Shown one piece after another: positions 13,480 to 24,834 of a stretch of 64,000 bases of DNA. The position numbers and the translations under genes are program-made. Under the pieces are notes generated by a model that saw only the letters and a program-made list of their open reading frames with translations, ran no database searches and was not told the origin of the DNA. Origin of the DNA: Chlorokybus atmophyticus (lineage: Eukaryota; Plantae; Mesostigma and Chlorokybus algae); the NCBI GenBank assembly GCA_009103225.1, contig RHPI01000575.1:295527-359526 (forward strand), written 5' to 3'. Numbering within the stretch: position 1 is the stretch's first letter; each line of letters opens with the position of its first letter.

Positions 13480-13735
13480 GCGCGCCGCGAAATTTAAACA
13501 ACTTGATGTGGACGAGTCGTGACCACAACTTGCATAATGGCAGCTGCTCGACCTCTATGAAGTTCTCTGCATTAACAACTAGATAAGCCTCAAATTTATT
13601 GAGCGCGTCCATGCCCTCTTTCAATGGGACATGCTAAGGTGGTTCATTGTTAAAATCCCCATCATCTGCATGAATAGCCACAATCCAATCAACAAACCAA
13701 GCTACATCAACAAGGGCAAAGACGACGAGAAGTTC
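13480..13735 (-). pseudogene. Probable 3' tail of the Tigger/pogo transposase split by the Gypsy insertion
   Basis: Minus frame 'ADDGDFNNEPP*HVPLKEGMDALNKFEAYLVVNAENF' resembles pogo C-terminal tails and abuts the AATG duplication. The rest of the gene lies at 24835-26720. Confidence 0.5.
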
Positions 13736-13739
13736 AATG

Positions 13740-14345
13740 TGTCATGCCTATCGCCCCAGCATGCCAGTCATCATCGGGCATGCCTACAGCGAGACCCTCG
13801 CCCGGCTTACCAGCATGGCAACCCGCGCGCGTCTCTGACCAGTAGCTAGGTCATGTCTCTAGAGTAGCTCATGACCATAGCCTACATAGGCACCGCGCGT
13901 AGCTGTTCAGTTGTGAGTTCAGTGATAAGTCAGGTTCTATATCAAGTGGGAATTTCCTGTGGAAATAGCCTAAATATGACCGTTAGCTTATGTTCTAGAC
14001 AGTCACGAGTTTACTTGTATAAGTAGGCACAGTGTTCATCGGATCAGCTGGTGACACTGTAAGTGAGAAAGCCAAGAGCTTGTGAAGCGACTTGAACTAC
14101 GAAACACACCGTCCTGGTTCTCAAGAATCCCCTCACCGTGTGAGAGCCTGTGCATGTTCTTGTGCACTGTGCTTGTCCGTGCTGTGAGCTTTGTGTACTT
14201 GGTCGCGGTGTGCTTGTGGGCATCAGTCAGGGCATAGCATCCACGTGTTGCTTGCTCATTCACCTCACTTAACAGTGTAATTTCTCTTCCACTCACGCAA
14301 AGAACTGTGTAAACAGCACTACCTATAGTAGTGGCTTGTTGACTT
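13740..14345 (+). repeat. Terminal repeat A1 (606 bp)
   Basis: Direct repeat of 23997-24602; 19 substitutions counted by eye, no indels. Confidence 0.93.
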
Positions 14346-14555
14346 ACAATGTCACCCTCTTTGCTCAAGTGAGTGTAGTTGCAGGCTATACATCAGCATC
14401 GCAATCTGTAGTTGTACACATCACAGTGCAGTGTTGTCACCGTCATCGCATAGCGCGCACAAGCGCTAGTGTGTTGGGTGATAGCAGCACTGGAGATCCC
14501 ATTGTAGAGCACAAACACTCTACCCTTCATCCACTTTTACCATCGCATCAGCTGT

Positions 14556-17500
14556 ATGAGCAGGCGCACCCCTTTCTCGCTAATAGAAGAAGGGGACCTC
14601 AACAGCTGGAGCCCAACCTCTAACCTTACCTACGAGCGCGCAAGTGAAGGGAGCGATTACCGTAGCAGCAGAGGCTCACGCCCCGTCTCCGGCTTCACCT
14701 CCTCTCACTCCACTCCTCGTCAACGAGCATCGCCATCACCGTCGGACAGTGACGAAGAGATGGAGCCTTCCAGCTCAACCAACTCCCTACGCTTCTCCGG
14801 ACGCACTGGCACCACCTCACTTGACGAGTTCATCATCAAGTTCCACTCCAAGATGCGGCAGCAGGCCCTCAAGAGCAAGGACTGGACAGATGAGGTATCG
14901 TTTCATGTGTCCGCTCAATACCTTGATCACGAAGCACATGATGTGTGGAAGTCCGTCGCTGAGTTGCACAGGATTGATGGCTATGGCGAGTTGGCCAGCA
15001 CAATAGCCGCCACGTCACTGCTCAGCCCATCGGTTACTGTCCCTGTAGCAGCGGCCCCGCCCGCCTCAGTCACGGGTCTCACTCTAGCTGCAGTCATGGA
15101 GAAGGCAGAGAATGAAGAGGTTGAGGTGGTAGTGGCCTAATTGACTCCTGCGGAGATCGAAAGCAAGAAGGCCGAGCGCCGGATCAGGATACTCAACCGC
15201 ACCGCTGCCATCATCAGGGAGCAACAAGAGGAGCAGCAAGCTGCAGCATTGCAGATGGGTACGCCCCTGCTACCAACACCGAACTCGCGTGCTCTAGCGG
15301 GAGCCAGTGTTTTCACCCTCGACTCAGTGGCATTGCGTGCACCCGCGCTTACGGTGGGCGCGGCCATGTCGGACTCCCCGTTGAAGGACCTCTATGCCGC
15401 ACTCCGGCGCACCTTCCTACCTCAAACCAACAGTAAGGTGGAGGAGTTGAGGCGTTTTCGACGGAAGCCCCACGAGGACCCTCTCCGACTGTATTCACGG
15501 TTGGAAGGGTTGCTTAAATACACTGACTACAAGATCGTCAGTGAGGAGGCGGCAGCAGTGGTGTATGTGGCCGAGTTGGATCCCACCCTGAGTGAGTCAA
15601 CGCGCCTGACGCTGAACTACAGCAGGCCCCTCGGCTACACCCTCAAGGAAGCTTTCGAGACTGCACAAGCCATCCATAAGCGTGCAGTGTATGAGAAAGC
15701 GGTGCTGGACACCAACCGCAGTGCCTTACGGCCTATGGCAGGCACCAGTGCAGAGCCTCTTTGGCAGGACCGCAGCCGAGAGCCGCAAGGCATTCATTCA
15801 CAAGGATAAACGGTCAGCTCATGCTGCCCTTGTGGCTGCAGTGCTGTGTCACCGGTGTGGTCGACATGGCCACTACCAAAAGGAGTGCACCGAAGATTAC
15901 GGCAACCTTGTGTGCGACCACTGCCACAAGACGGGACACTTGGAGACAGTATGCTGGCTCAAGTTCCCGGAGCTGCGGCCCTCTATTGGCTACAACAACG
16001 GCAATAACGCTGTTGGCTACCGCGGCAACAACAACAATAACAACAACAACAAAAACAACGGGGGCTACAACAACAGCAACCACGCTGGCGGCTACAACAA
16101 CAGCAACAACGCTGGTGGTCGCAACAATGGCAACAACGCTGGTGGCCACAACCTCAACAACAATAACCACGCTGGCGCCCGCAAGGAAGAAGCTGGCTAT
16201 AGAGGGAAAAACCGCCCTCCACAGCACAAAGGACTTGAGGGACGTCCTCGCGCTGGAGCTGCTGGTGTAAAGGCACCAACCAATTCACCGGCTATTGACC
16301 AAGTGGCAGCCCTAATGGCGCGCGTGGCACAGCTGGAGGAGAACAAGGAGCAGGACTATCAAGCCTGCTATGCTGCTAGGTGGGCACTGGTGGCACCGAA
16401 ACGGGATAGGGACACTCCCACGCCGTCACGCGTACAACCATCCAAACGTGCGCGCGGGGAAGCTGGCGCGTCGTCAACAGCGGCATCGTCGGACGCCAGA
16501 AGTGGTGCTGCCTCGGCAGCCACAACCACCGCTGGGACGACGCCGTCGACAACACCGTCGGCATCCACACCGACCACGACAGCAGGTGTCAGCACACTTG
16601 GCACCACGCTGTCCCCGGTGATGGAGAGCACCCACGCCGCAACAACTATGGTCGTTGAATTCGTAAGTGGTGAATCCACCACTTTTGCCTCCATCGAAGC
16701 GACCACATCAACAGCAACTGCTACCACCCTCACAGCCGCCACCTCAGTAACGACGACTGCTGCAGGTGCCACCACCATCGCCTCCAGTAGTGCTGCCATA
16801 CCCACTGCACTACTTCCTGAGGGACGAACGGCACCGCCACCAGCGTTGGACGTCACACAGCAAGTGCCACGCGGGCCACAAGCAGAGCGCGCCTGGACGT
16901 CGATTCTACGCAACGTGGAACCCACCACCATTGCGTACGGACCAGGGGGGCAACGCACCACGCGCGTGGCACGCGATGATCGCATCTTGCCCCTACCACC
17001 TCCAGAGTACCACACACTGCCGGAACCCACACAGCAACAGCTGAAGGATGAAATCCTCGCCGGCACTGCACCAGAGATGAGGGGTCGTCTGTTCGGGGTC
17101 ACCTACCGACGACCCGCGGTATTAGAGCTGGCCATCCAGTTGTTCCTGGCATTACACGCACGATTGCAGGGCGCACCCAGTCAAACGCAGCAACCCATGC
17201 CCGCTAAACAGATCGACTTCGAGCCCTCGCCACTGGACCCACTCGGCCTCCAGCAACACAAAATGCAAGACCTCGTGGTCGCCATGTTTGACATCGCGCT
17301 GGGCGCTGATCCCGCTCTCCCGGGACTCACTCCAGGCAGTCGTCAAGAGCGTTTCTCTGCACTCGAACAGGCCCGTCGTTATCGCATGGACCAAGCTGCC
17401 CAAGTAGACGCGCGCCGACAAGCGTACGACGCAGCACATACCTTTATCGTACCGACCGGAACGCCAGCAAATGTTGCCAGCGCCTCTACGGCGCTGACCA

Positions 17501-18600
17501 CAGCGTACTCCACGGCAATCGCCATGGAGCAGCCAGGACACGCAACTGTTGCAGACCAAGCGAGGGCGTTGGCGCAACAACTGAGGGGGGTAATCGCCCC
17601 GCTGCTGCCTCCTTTGGTCGAAGACATGTTTGAGGATCAACGCGATGCAGGGAGAGGGTACCTCACCCCGCAAGGGGACACCACACAACGAGGAGGAGCT
17701 GGTATGGTGGGGGAGCAACAACTCCGTACCGCACTCATCCGGCAAGCAGTCATGTTGCACAGGCCTGAGGGCAACACAAGACAGATGATGGGGATGCAAG
17801 AGGGCGGCGCCGCTCGAGCCCGTCTCGTGACATGGCTCGTTGCTAATCACCCTGCTGTCCCCCTGCTTGCCTTTGGCAACCGAGCATCATGGTTGGGGGC
17901 ATTCGTTCGTTCGCTGCGACAAGCATACGACGAGGCTGCCACCACGGCCCCGGACACGCTGGAGGGAGTGCAAGAGGCAATGCTGCGGCTGCCAGGGGTG
18001 GAAGCCGCACGGCAACGGCGGCGCATCGCCATTGCTCATGAGCTACACGCACAGCAGACTGACCTCCAGCGCACCCTACGTGCTCGATGTGGGAGTGGTA
18101 CAAGGAAGGTGGGATGCCTACATGGCAGGGATCTTGCGAGTCCCCACCATTACTCACGACATGCGGCGACAGCTACTACGCGCCATAAACCAGCAGCCCA
18201 TGCCTCAATATCATCATTGGACCGACACGGACACCGAGCCCACGGCCACGTGGGAAGGGACATTGGTCAGAGAAGCGGCTCATGCTGTTCGATGGACGTA
18301 CGCCGCGGAGCAAGCTGAACGCGAGGCAGGCCCACAAACACCGGGTCCGCCGGGGTTTCCTCCACAGCCATTGGGGACACCCGCGGGCATGATTCCAGCT
18401 TTGCAGAGGCGTCATCCACCTGCGCCGCCACCACAACCAGCGCCGGAACCTCCAGCACCGAGGCCCCCCCGTGTCTACCAACCACCACGACAAGGTCGGT
18501 TCGGCAGAGGGAGAGGGCAAGGAGGGGGTTCTCCGGACCCAGCAGGCAGAGGAGCTCTGGCTGCCATGCGCTCAGCACCTCCAGCTGAGACAACTGAGTC
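14556..18600 (+). pseudogene. gag: gag region: capsid-like part, two CCHC knuckles and a long low-complexity/unknown extension; in-frame stop at 15138-15140, frameshifts near 15800 and 18080
   Basis: 'LKDLYAALRRTFLPQTNSKVEELRRFRRKPHEDP' and knuckles 'CHRCGRHGHYQKEC', 'CDHCHKTGHLETVC'. Confidence 0.85.
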
Positions 18601-18679
18601 AGAGGTACAGACACCTCACATGAAGAGGCTGCGTATCGACGCCAATGCTGCCATGGTGGCCAACCAAGGCAAGCACATC

Positions 18680-19050
18680 ACCATCAACGGTCTGGCACCC
18701 AAGCGGGTAATGTTGGACACCGGAGTACAGCCTGTCATCATTGGGCGCTTCCTCGCGCGGTCCCTCGGCATTACCAGCTCCGACTTGGTGCCTTGCCCGT
18801 ACGTGTTGGACACTGCCACAGGTAGCCGAGATAAGGTGATGGGAGTCACCAGGGAGGCCTTTTGCATTCGGTTGACAGGGCTGGACCCAACCCACACGAC
18901 CGAGATCGTCCAGCAATGTGTGGTTACCAATGCCGGCTCCTTCGACTTTTTGCTCGGGCAGGACTTCAACTTCCCTGTGGGCATGGGCCTCGCCTGCTGG
19001 ACAGAGCGAGCGTGGTTTCGGCCACATTGGGATGAGGATGATGGAGAGGT
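18680..19050 (+). CDS. Retropepsin aspartic protease domain of pol
   Basis: 'RVMLDTGVQPVIIG' and 'FDFLLGQDF' in ORF 17840-20074. Confidence 0.85.
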
Positions 19051-19453
19051 ACAGGGTTTCCTGCCTCTCGAGTTGGTCTCGCGCACGCGCGCCCAACGCA
19101 AAATGGCTGCCATGGCCACACGCAGCCACGCCCGCACCCGGAAGGCTGTAATGGCCACATACGACGGCGCTCGGACGCAAGTCGCTGCTGGTGCCACGGC
19201 CCCGTGTCGAACCGTCGACTCCTCTCCCATCCGTTATAACGAGGAGCAGGAGGATGCCACCGTGGAAGTAGCATTACAAGACCCATCTGAACGGCGCTGG
19301 CGCGCACAGGTGGACGCACACATCTTGCTCAGCCATCCACTGATCACCACGCGCTTCCCCAACTACCGAAGCCACGTCAAGGTGCAGGACCACCATATGG
19401 TGGCCATCGGAGTGGTGGAGTTCCACACCTTTCGCAGGCAACAGGGCATCGCA

Positions 19454-20395
19454 GTGTTGGAGCTGTTTGGAGGCATTGGCAGTGGTCTTGCTGCGGTCCT
19501 CGACACGGGCGTGAAGGTTGTCAAATACTATTACTGCGACCCAGACCCACACGCGCAAACAGTCCTCAAGCACCACTTACGCCAACTCCACGCCAGGTAT
19601 CCACGTCAACTACCCCTCTCGGCGTTGCAAGGCAGCCTTAAAGCATTGCCACAGGACATCTGGCTGATCACTGAAGATCACCTACTGTCCCTCGGCAACG
19701 TCGACCTGTTAATAGCTGGATGGGAATGCCAAGGGCACTCCAGGGCAGGCAAGGGGCAAGGCCTCGAAAACCCTCGCTCCGGGCTGTTCTGGGAGCTGAT
19801 GAGGATCATCCACCTCCTTCAACACCACCAGATCTCCAGACCCCTGGGGTACGTCATCGAAAATGTGCATTTAGAGGACGACAAGCGTCCGCACGTGGCC
19901 TCTAGCTACGGACAAGTTTGCTCCATTCTGGGGCACCCACTCAAGGTGAACGCGGCACGACATGGCTCGCGCGCGCATCGTGTACGTGCCAAATGGACAA
20001 ACTTGGCCACCGTGGAGGAACTCATGACCGCCGAACACGCGCAGCGCCTGGCCGCGCAACCTGTTGGTCGATAACATCCTTGACCCCGGCCGCACAGCAC
20101 AACCTGTCCTGCGTCATGACCACAACCACTTCTACCAGTGCAATCAGCCCGGTGAGCCCCGTCGCGCACTCCTCACATTGGTGTCCTACCCGGGCTCCTA
20201 CGCATTTCACAACGGTGGTGACGGGATGGTATTCGATGCGACCACCAACAGGCTGGAAGAACCCAACGCACGCGAACGCGAACGCGCCATGGGATTCTTC
20301 CCCAAGAGCATCACAGGTTCATCGCTGCCGGACAGTCAGCAATGCCAGCTGCTTGGTCGCGCCATGGACCAGAACAGCATGGTATGGTTGCTGGA
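19454..20395 (+). CDS. C5 cytosine DNA methyltransferase domain (DNMT3-like) inside pol; frameshift near 20065
   Basis: Motif I 'VLELFGGIGSG', II 'YYYCDPD', IV 'IAGWECQGHS', VI 'YVIENV', VIII 'AHRVRAKWTNL', IX 'EPNARERERAMGF', X 'LLGRAMD'. Confidence 0.92.
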
Positions 20396-20599
20396 GCTGA
20401 GCTTCGCGTTGCAGGACCGCCACGTGTCTTTCGAAGATCTCGAACACTTGGCTGGGGGGTGGGCTGATCGCGCAGCCGACACCAAGGCAGCTCACACAGC
20501 CCTCGAGGTGATCCACATGGAAGAGCGAGCAGCAGTGACAGTGGAGGACATTCTTGTGGTTGCCAATGCAACCTCCTGGGACCATACCATTGGCCCGTT

Positions 20600-23310
20600 G
20601 GCCACAGAAGACACTCGAGAGAAGCTGGAGGCTCTCCTCAACAAATGGAGGAGCCAATTCAGCTGCAATGTGAAGGAATTGGGTACATGTTCAGTGTACC
20701 AGATGGACATCGAGCTGGTGGACACTGAGCCGGTGTTCCGACGACAATACAGGCTCTCCAAGTTGGAAGAAGACTTGGTGGAACAGAGATGTAAGGCGCT
20801 GCTGGATGCAGGCCTTATCGAAGAGTCCACATCGGACTTCGCAGCAGCAACCGCCATGCCCCTGAAGAAGGATTCAGCAGGCCACTGGACAGAGCGACGC
20901 ATGTGTGGCGACTATCGCCCCCTCAACAACAAGACCAAGCAAGACCGGTACCCCATGCCCACAGCAGAGGGTATCTTTGATGATGTGGGAGACTGCACAG
21001 TCTTCAGTATCCTGGACATGCGTCAGGGGTACAACCAAATCGCCATCAAGGACGAGGACAAGCACAAGACCTCCTTCTGGGGCAACCGACAGTTGTACCA
21101 ATGGAAGGTAATGCCGTTCGGGCCGAAGAATGCCCCCTGTCAAGTTTCAACGCGTCGTGCACAAAGCCTTGAAGGGGCTGGACTGCGCGCGGTGCTACAT
21201 CGATGACATCCTCATCTTCAGCCGCAGCAACGAGGAGCATCTTCAGCACATCGAAGCGGTGCTGGAACGACTCAAGGGAGTGGGGATGACCGTACACCCC
21301 GACAAGTGTACCTTCTTCACCCACAAGGTGCCGCACTTAGGGCACATGATTGTGCCCCATGGTGTGTATGTGCAGCAGGCAAAAGTAGAGGCTCTGGCAG
21401 CTATCCCTGCCCCGTCAGACCTCACACGCCTGCGCGCTTTCTTGGGACTTGCCAACTACTATCGCCGGTTCGTGAAGGAACTCGCGAAGATCGCAAGGCC
21501 CCTCAACGAGCTACTGAAGAAGGAGGTGGAGTTCGCGTACAAGGAGCCGCGACAGCAGGCCTTCGAGGAGCTGAAGAGCAGACTCACCAGGGCTCCCATC
21601 CTGCAACGTCCGGACTACGCCAAGCCTTTCCTCCTTCACACTGACTGGAGCAAGCTGGGGATGGGAGCGGTGCTGGTGCAGCACGATGAGAACAAGAAGG
21701 AGCGGGTGGTGTCATACGCCAGCCGAAGCAACAACAGCGCCGAGGCCAACTACAGCAGCTACGAAGGGGAGTGCCTCGCTGCAGTGTGGGCCATCTCCTT
21801 CTTCCGACCTTTCCTCTTTGGTCGACAGTTCCAACTGATCACCGATCATCAGCCCCTCAAGTGGCTGATGACCAACCAACATCTGACAGGGAAACTTGCT
21901 CGATGGGCCCTGCTGTTACAGGAATACGACTTCGAGATTGACCACCGCGCTGGCCTCACCAACCAAGACGCCGATGGCCTCAGTCGCAACCCTCACCTCA
22001 GCACCAACGACGCAACCGGAGCGCGGCATGAGCTCATCCTTGCAGCAACAGCCCCCACCATGTTAGCCATGTTTGCTGCTGCCGCGTTGCGCTCAGGGTG
22101 CAAGAGCAACACCACGGCCTCAGCAGTGGTAGAGGAGATTCTTGCCCTTGAGTCTATCAACCCTGCGGCAACCACACCCTTGGGAGACGCCCACGCAGCC
22201 GACATTGACGTTGATGACACAGAGCTGGCGCCCACTGACACCAGGCAGGACATATGGCAGGACAAGCCATCACTCTCCTTTCTTCAAAGTGGCCAGCTTC
22301 CCTCCGGCATGAGCGCTCGAGAGAAGGACCGGGTCAACCAACGCACCCGTCACTATCGATGGGCAGGTGACAAGCTGTATCGCCGCTTCCACGACGAAGA
22401 CAAGGAAGTGCCGACACCAGTCACGCGCGAGGGCATCATCACTTCCCTCCACACTGAGCTTGGACACTTCGGTGTCAAGCGTACAGTTAGCATAGTGAGG
22501 GCACAATATTGGTGGTATGGATTAACAAAACAGGTGCAAAGGTTCGTCAGCCACTGCCAGCAGTGTGACATGGTGCGCGCCAGTCTCAACACGCGTAGCG
22601 CCTTCTTGCACCCACTCCCCATCTCCGGGCTCTTTTACCGCTGGGGACTCGACATCTTGGGGGACTTGGCACGTGGCAACCGTTACATCCTGGTCATGAT
22701 CGAGCACTTCTCCAAATGGGTGGAGCTGGTGCCATTACCCGACAAGAGCAGCAGGGGGGTGTCTCAAGCCTTCCTCTCTCACGTTCTCAGCCGATTTGGC
22801 AGTTGCGCCGAGGTTATCACTGACCAAGGTACGGAGTTCAGAGGTGGATTCGACACCCTCTTGGACAAATGTTACATCGACCACCGCCGTACCTCGCGTG
22901 ATCACCCTCAAGCTGACGGCCTCGCCGAGCGTACGGTACAGACCATCAAGAAGGCACTCCGCAAATACGTGCTGGAGTACGAGAAGGACACTTGGGATGA
23001 CCACCTCCCATGGGTGGCCCTTGGATATCGATCGTCAAAGCGGGCGGCTCTGCGGGAGTACAGCCCGTACTACCTGCTGTTCGGGCGACCACCATTGCTC
23101 CCCTTCCGTGCGCAGCAGGAGGTGGATCGCGTCGTGAACAACCTTGACGACCCTGACTGGATGCACCACGACATCACCACGCGCGCCGCGCTTTTTGAGC
23201 GCACCGTCCCCAAGGCCTTCAACAACCTGCGCATCGCGCAGCATCGCGACACGCTGCGCTATGAGCGCGTACGCAGCGGCTTCTACAAGGAGCGACAACG
23301 GCGGTTCTAA
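20600..23310 (+). CDS. pol: Reverse transcriptase - RNase H - integrase; frameshift near 21140, stop at 23308-23310
   Basis: 'RMCGDYRPLN', 'FSILDMRQGYNQI', 'MPFG', 'YIDDILIFS'; RNase H 'LHTDWSKLGMGAVL'; integrase 'GHFGVKRT...HCQQC', 'WGLDILG', 'ITDQGTEF', 'DGLAERTVQT'. Confidence 0.95.
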
Positions 23311-23334
23311 TCGGGGGACTTTGCCTATCGCATG

Positions 23335-23577
23335 TGTCGGGTCGAGGGGAGTCGAGGGTCACGCTGTCTCGGACAGCTTCATGGACAGCCATGCTGTGCT
23401 GGACATGCTGCTGCGCCACCTGTGTAATGCGTAGCAAAAACAGAAAGATGACCTCCACCCTCATGGTGACAAGTGCTTCGCGCAGCTGGTGTGCTGCTGC
23501 TGGGTAGTACGGGCAGATGGAGTCGGTGTTCTCCCTGCGAACATGCTGTGCTGTAGCATACAAAGTCAACAAGCCAC
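23335..23577 (-). repeat. Repeat B1 (243 bp, inverted copy of B2), preceded on the minus strand by a PPT-like AGGGGGGG (23577-23584)
   Basis: Reverse complement of 24588-24830 with 5 substitutions counted by eye. Confidence 0.92.
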
Positions 23578-23623
23578 CCCCCCTGGGCTCTGGGGAAGGT
23601 TCCAGCTCCAGATTTCAGCTCTG

Positions 23624-23995
23624 CTAACGCAAGTGAGGAGGGCCGTTGGTACGGCAATCGTCGCACCAATACTCTTCCATAGGTATCGTGTCCAAAGGTG
23701 GCTCCAGGCAGTAGCAATGCAGGCCCTTGTTGCAGCCATCGCAGAGCATCATGAGTGCGTCGTCGCCGGCGCTGCCGCAGTGTTCACAGCGTGTGCTGCG
23801 CGCGGGACGAGGGTGCTGGATACGCCCGAAGCCGGCTACGTAAGGAAGGTGACATGGCGCACATTTCACCATGTTGTCCTTCAACCTTTCTCCGTTTTGA
23901 CCAAGGAGGTCCAGCACCCCTGTGGAGTACACTGTGAGTACCTTGTAGACGGTGCGGCCTACGGAGGTGTTAAGCGTGTCTTTGGTGGCTGCCAT
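23624..23995 (-). pseudogene. Inverted integrase C-terminal tail (GPY/F-like region plus PHD finger)
   Basis: 'CAPCHLP...RCEHCGSAGDDALMMLCDGCNKGLHCYCLEPPLDTIPMEEYWCDDC' (C4HC3). Reversing the segment restores 'GDFAYR-MAATKDTLNTSVGR' in frame with the integrase. Confidence 0.9.
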
Positions 23996-23996
23996 G

Positions 23997-24830
23997 TGTC
24001 ATGCCTATCGCCCCAGCATGCCAGTCATCATCGGGCATGCCTACAGCGAGACCCTCGCCCGGCTTACCAGCATGGCAACCCGCACGCGTCTCTGACCAAT
24101 AGCTAGGTCATGTCTCTAGAGTAGCTCATGACCATAGCCTACATAGGCACCGCGCGTAGCTGTTCAGTTGTGAGTATTGTTATAAGTCAGGTTCTATATC
24201 GAGTGGGAATTTGCTGTGGAAATAGCCTCGATACGACCGTTAGCTTATGTTCTGGACAGTCATGAGTTGACTTGTATAAGTAGGCACAGTGTTCACGGGA
24301 TCAGCTGGTGACACTGTAAGTGAGAAAGCTAAAAGCTTGTGAAGCGACTTGAACTACGAAACACACCGTCCTGGTTCCCAAGAATCCCCTCACCGTGTGA
24401 GAGCCTGTGCATGTTCTTGTGCACTGTGCTTGTCCGTGCTGTGAGCTTTGTGTACTTGGTCGCGGTGTGCTTGTGGGCATCAGTCAGGGCATAGCATCCA
24501 CGTGTTGCTTGCTCATTCACCTCACTTAACAGTGTAATTTCTCTTCCACTCACGCAAAGAACTGTGTAAACAGCACTACCTATAGTAGTGGCTTGTTGAC
24601 TTTGTATGCTACAGCACAGCATGTTCGCAGGGAGAACACCGACTGCATCTGCCCGTACTGCCCAGCAGCAGCACACCAGCTGCGCGAAGCACTTGTCACC
24701 ATGAGGGTGGAGGTCATCTTTCTGTTTTTGCTACGCGTTACACAGGTGGCGCAGCAGCATGTCCAGCACAGCATGGCTGTCCATGCAGCTGTCCGAGACA
24801 TCGTGACCCTCGACTCCCCTCGACCCGACA
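23997..24830 (+). repeat. Composite terminal repeat A2+B2 (834 bp; A and B overlap by 15 bp, GTGGCTTGTTGACTT)
   Basis: A2 = 23997-24602, B2 = 24588-24830. Starts TGTC, ends GACA. Confidence 0.92.
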
Positions 24831-24834
24831 AATG

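Larger units (their letters stand above)
13740..24830 (+). mobile_element. Ty3/Gypsy retrotransposon carrying a DNA methyltransferase and a PHD finger; frameshifted, rearranged copy
   Basis: Termini TGTC...GACA, flanked by 4-bp AATG at 13736-13739 and 24831-24834. Order is gag-CCHC-PR-DNMT-RT-RH-IN. Confidence 0.95.

Noticed and set aside
16368-19320. Several long antisense ORFs within the Gypsy element
   Set aside because: Shadow frames of GC-rich coding sequence with no recognisable domains.
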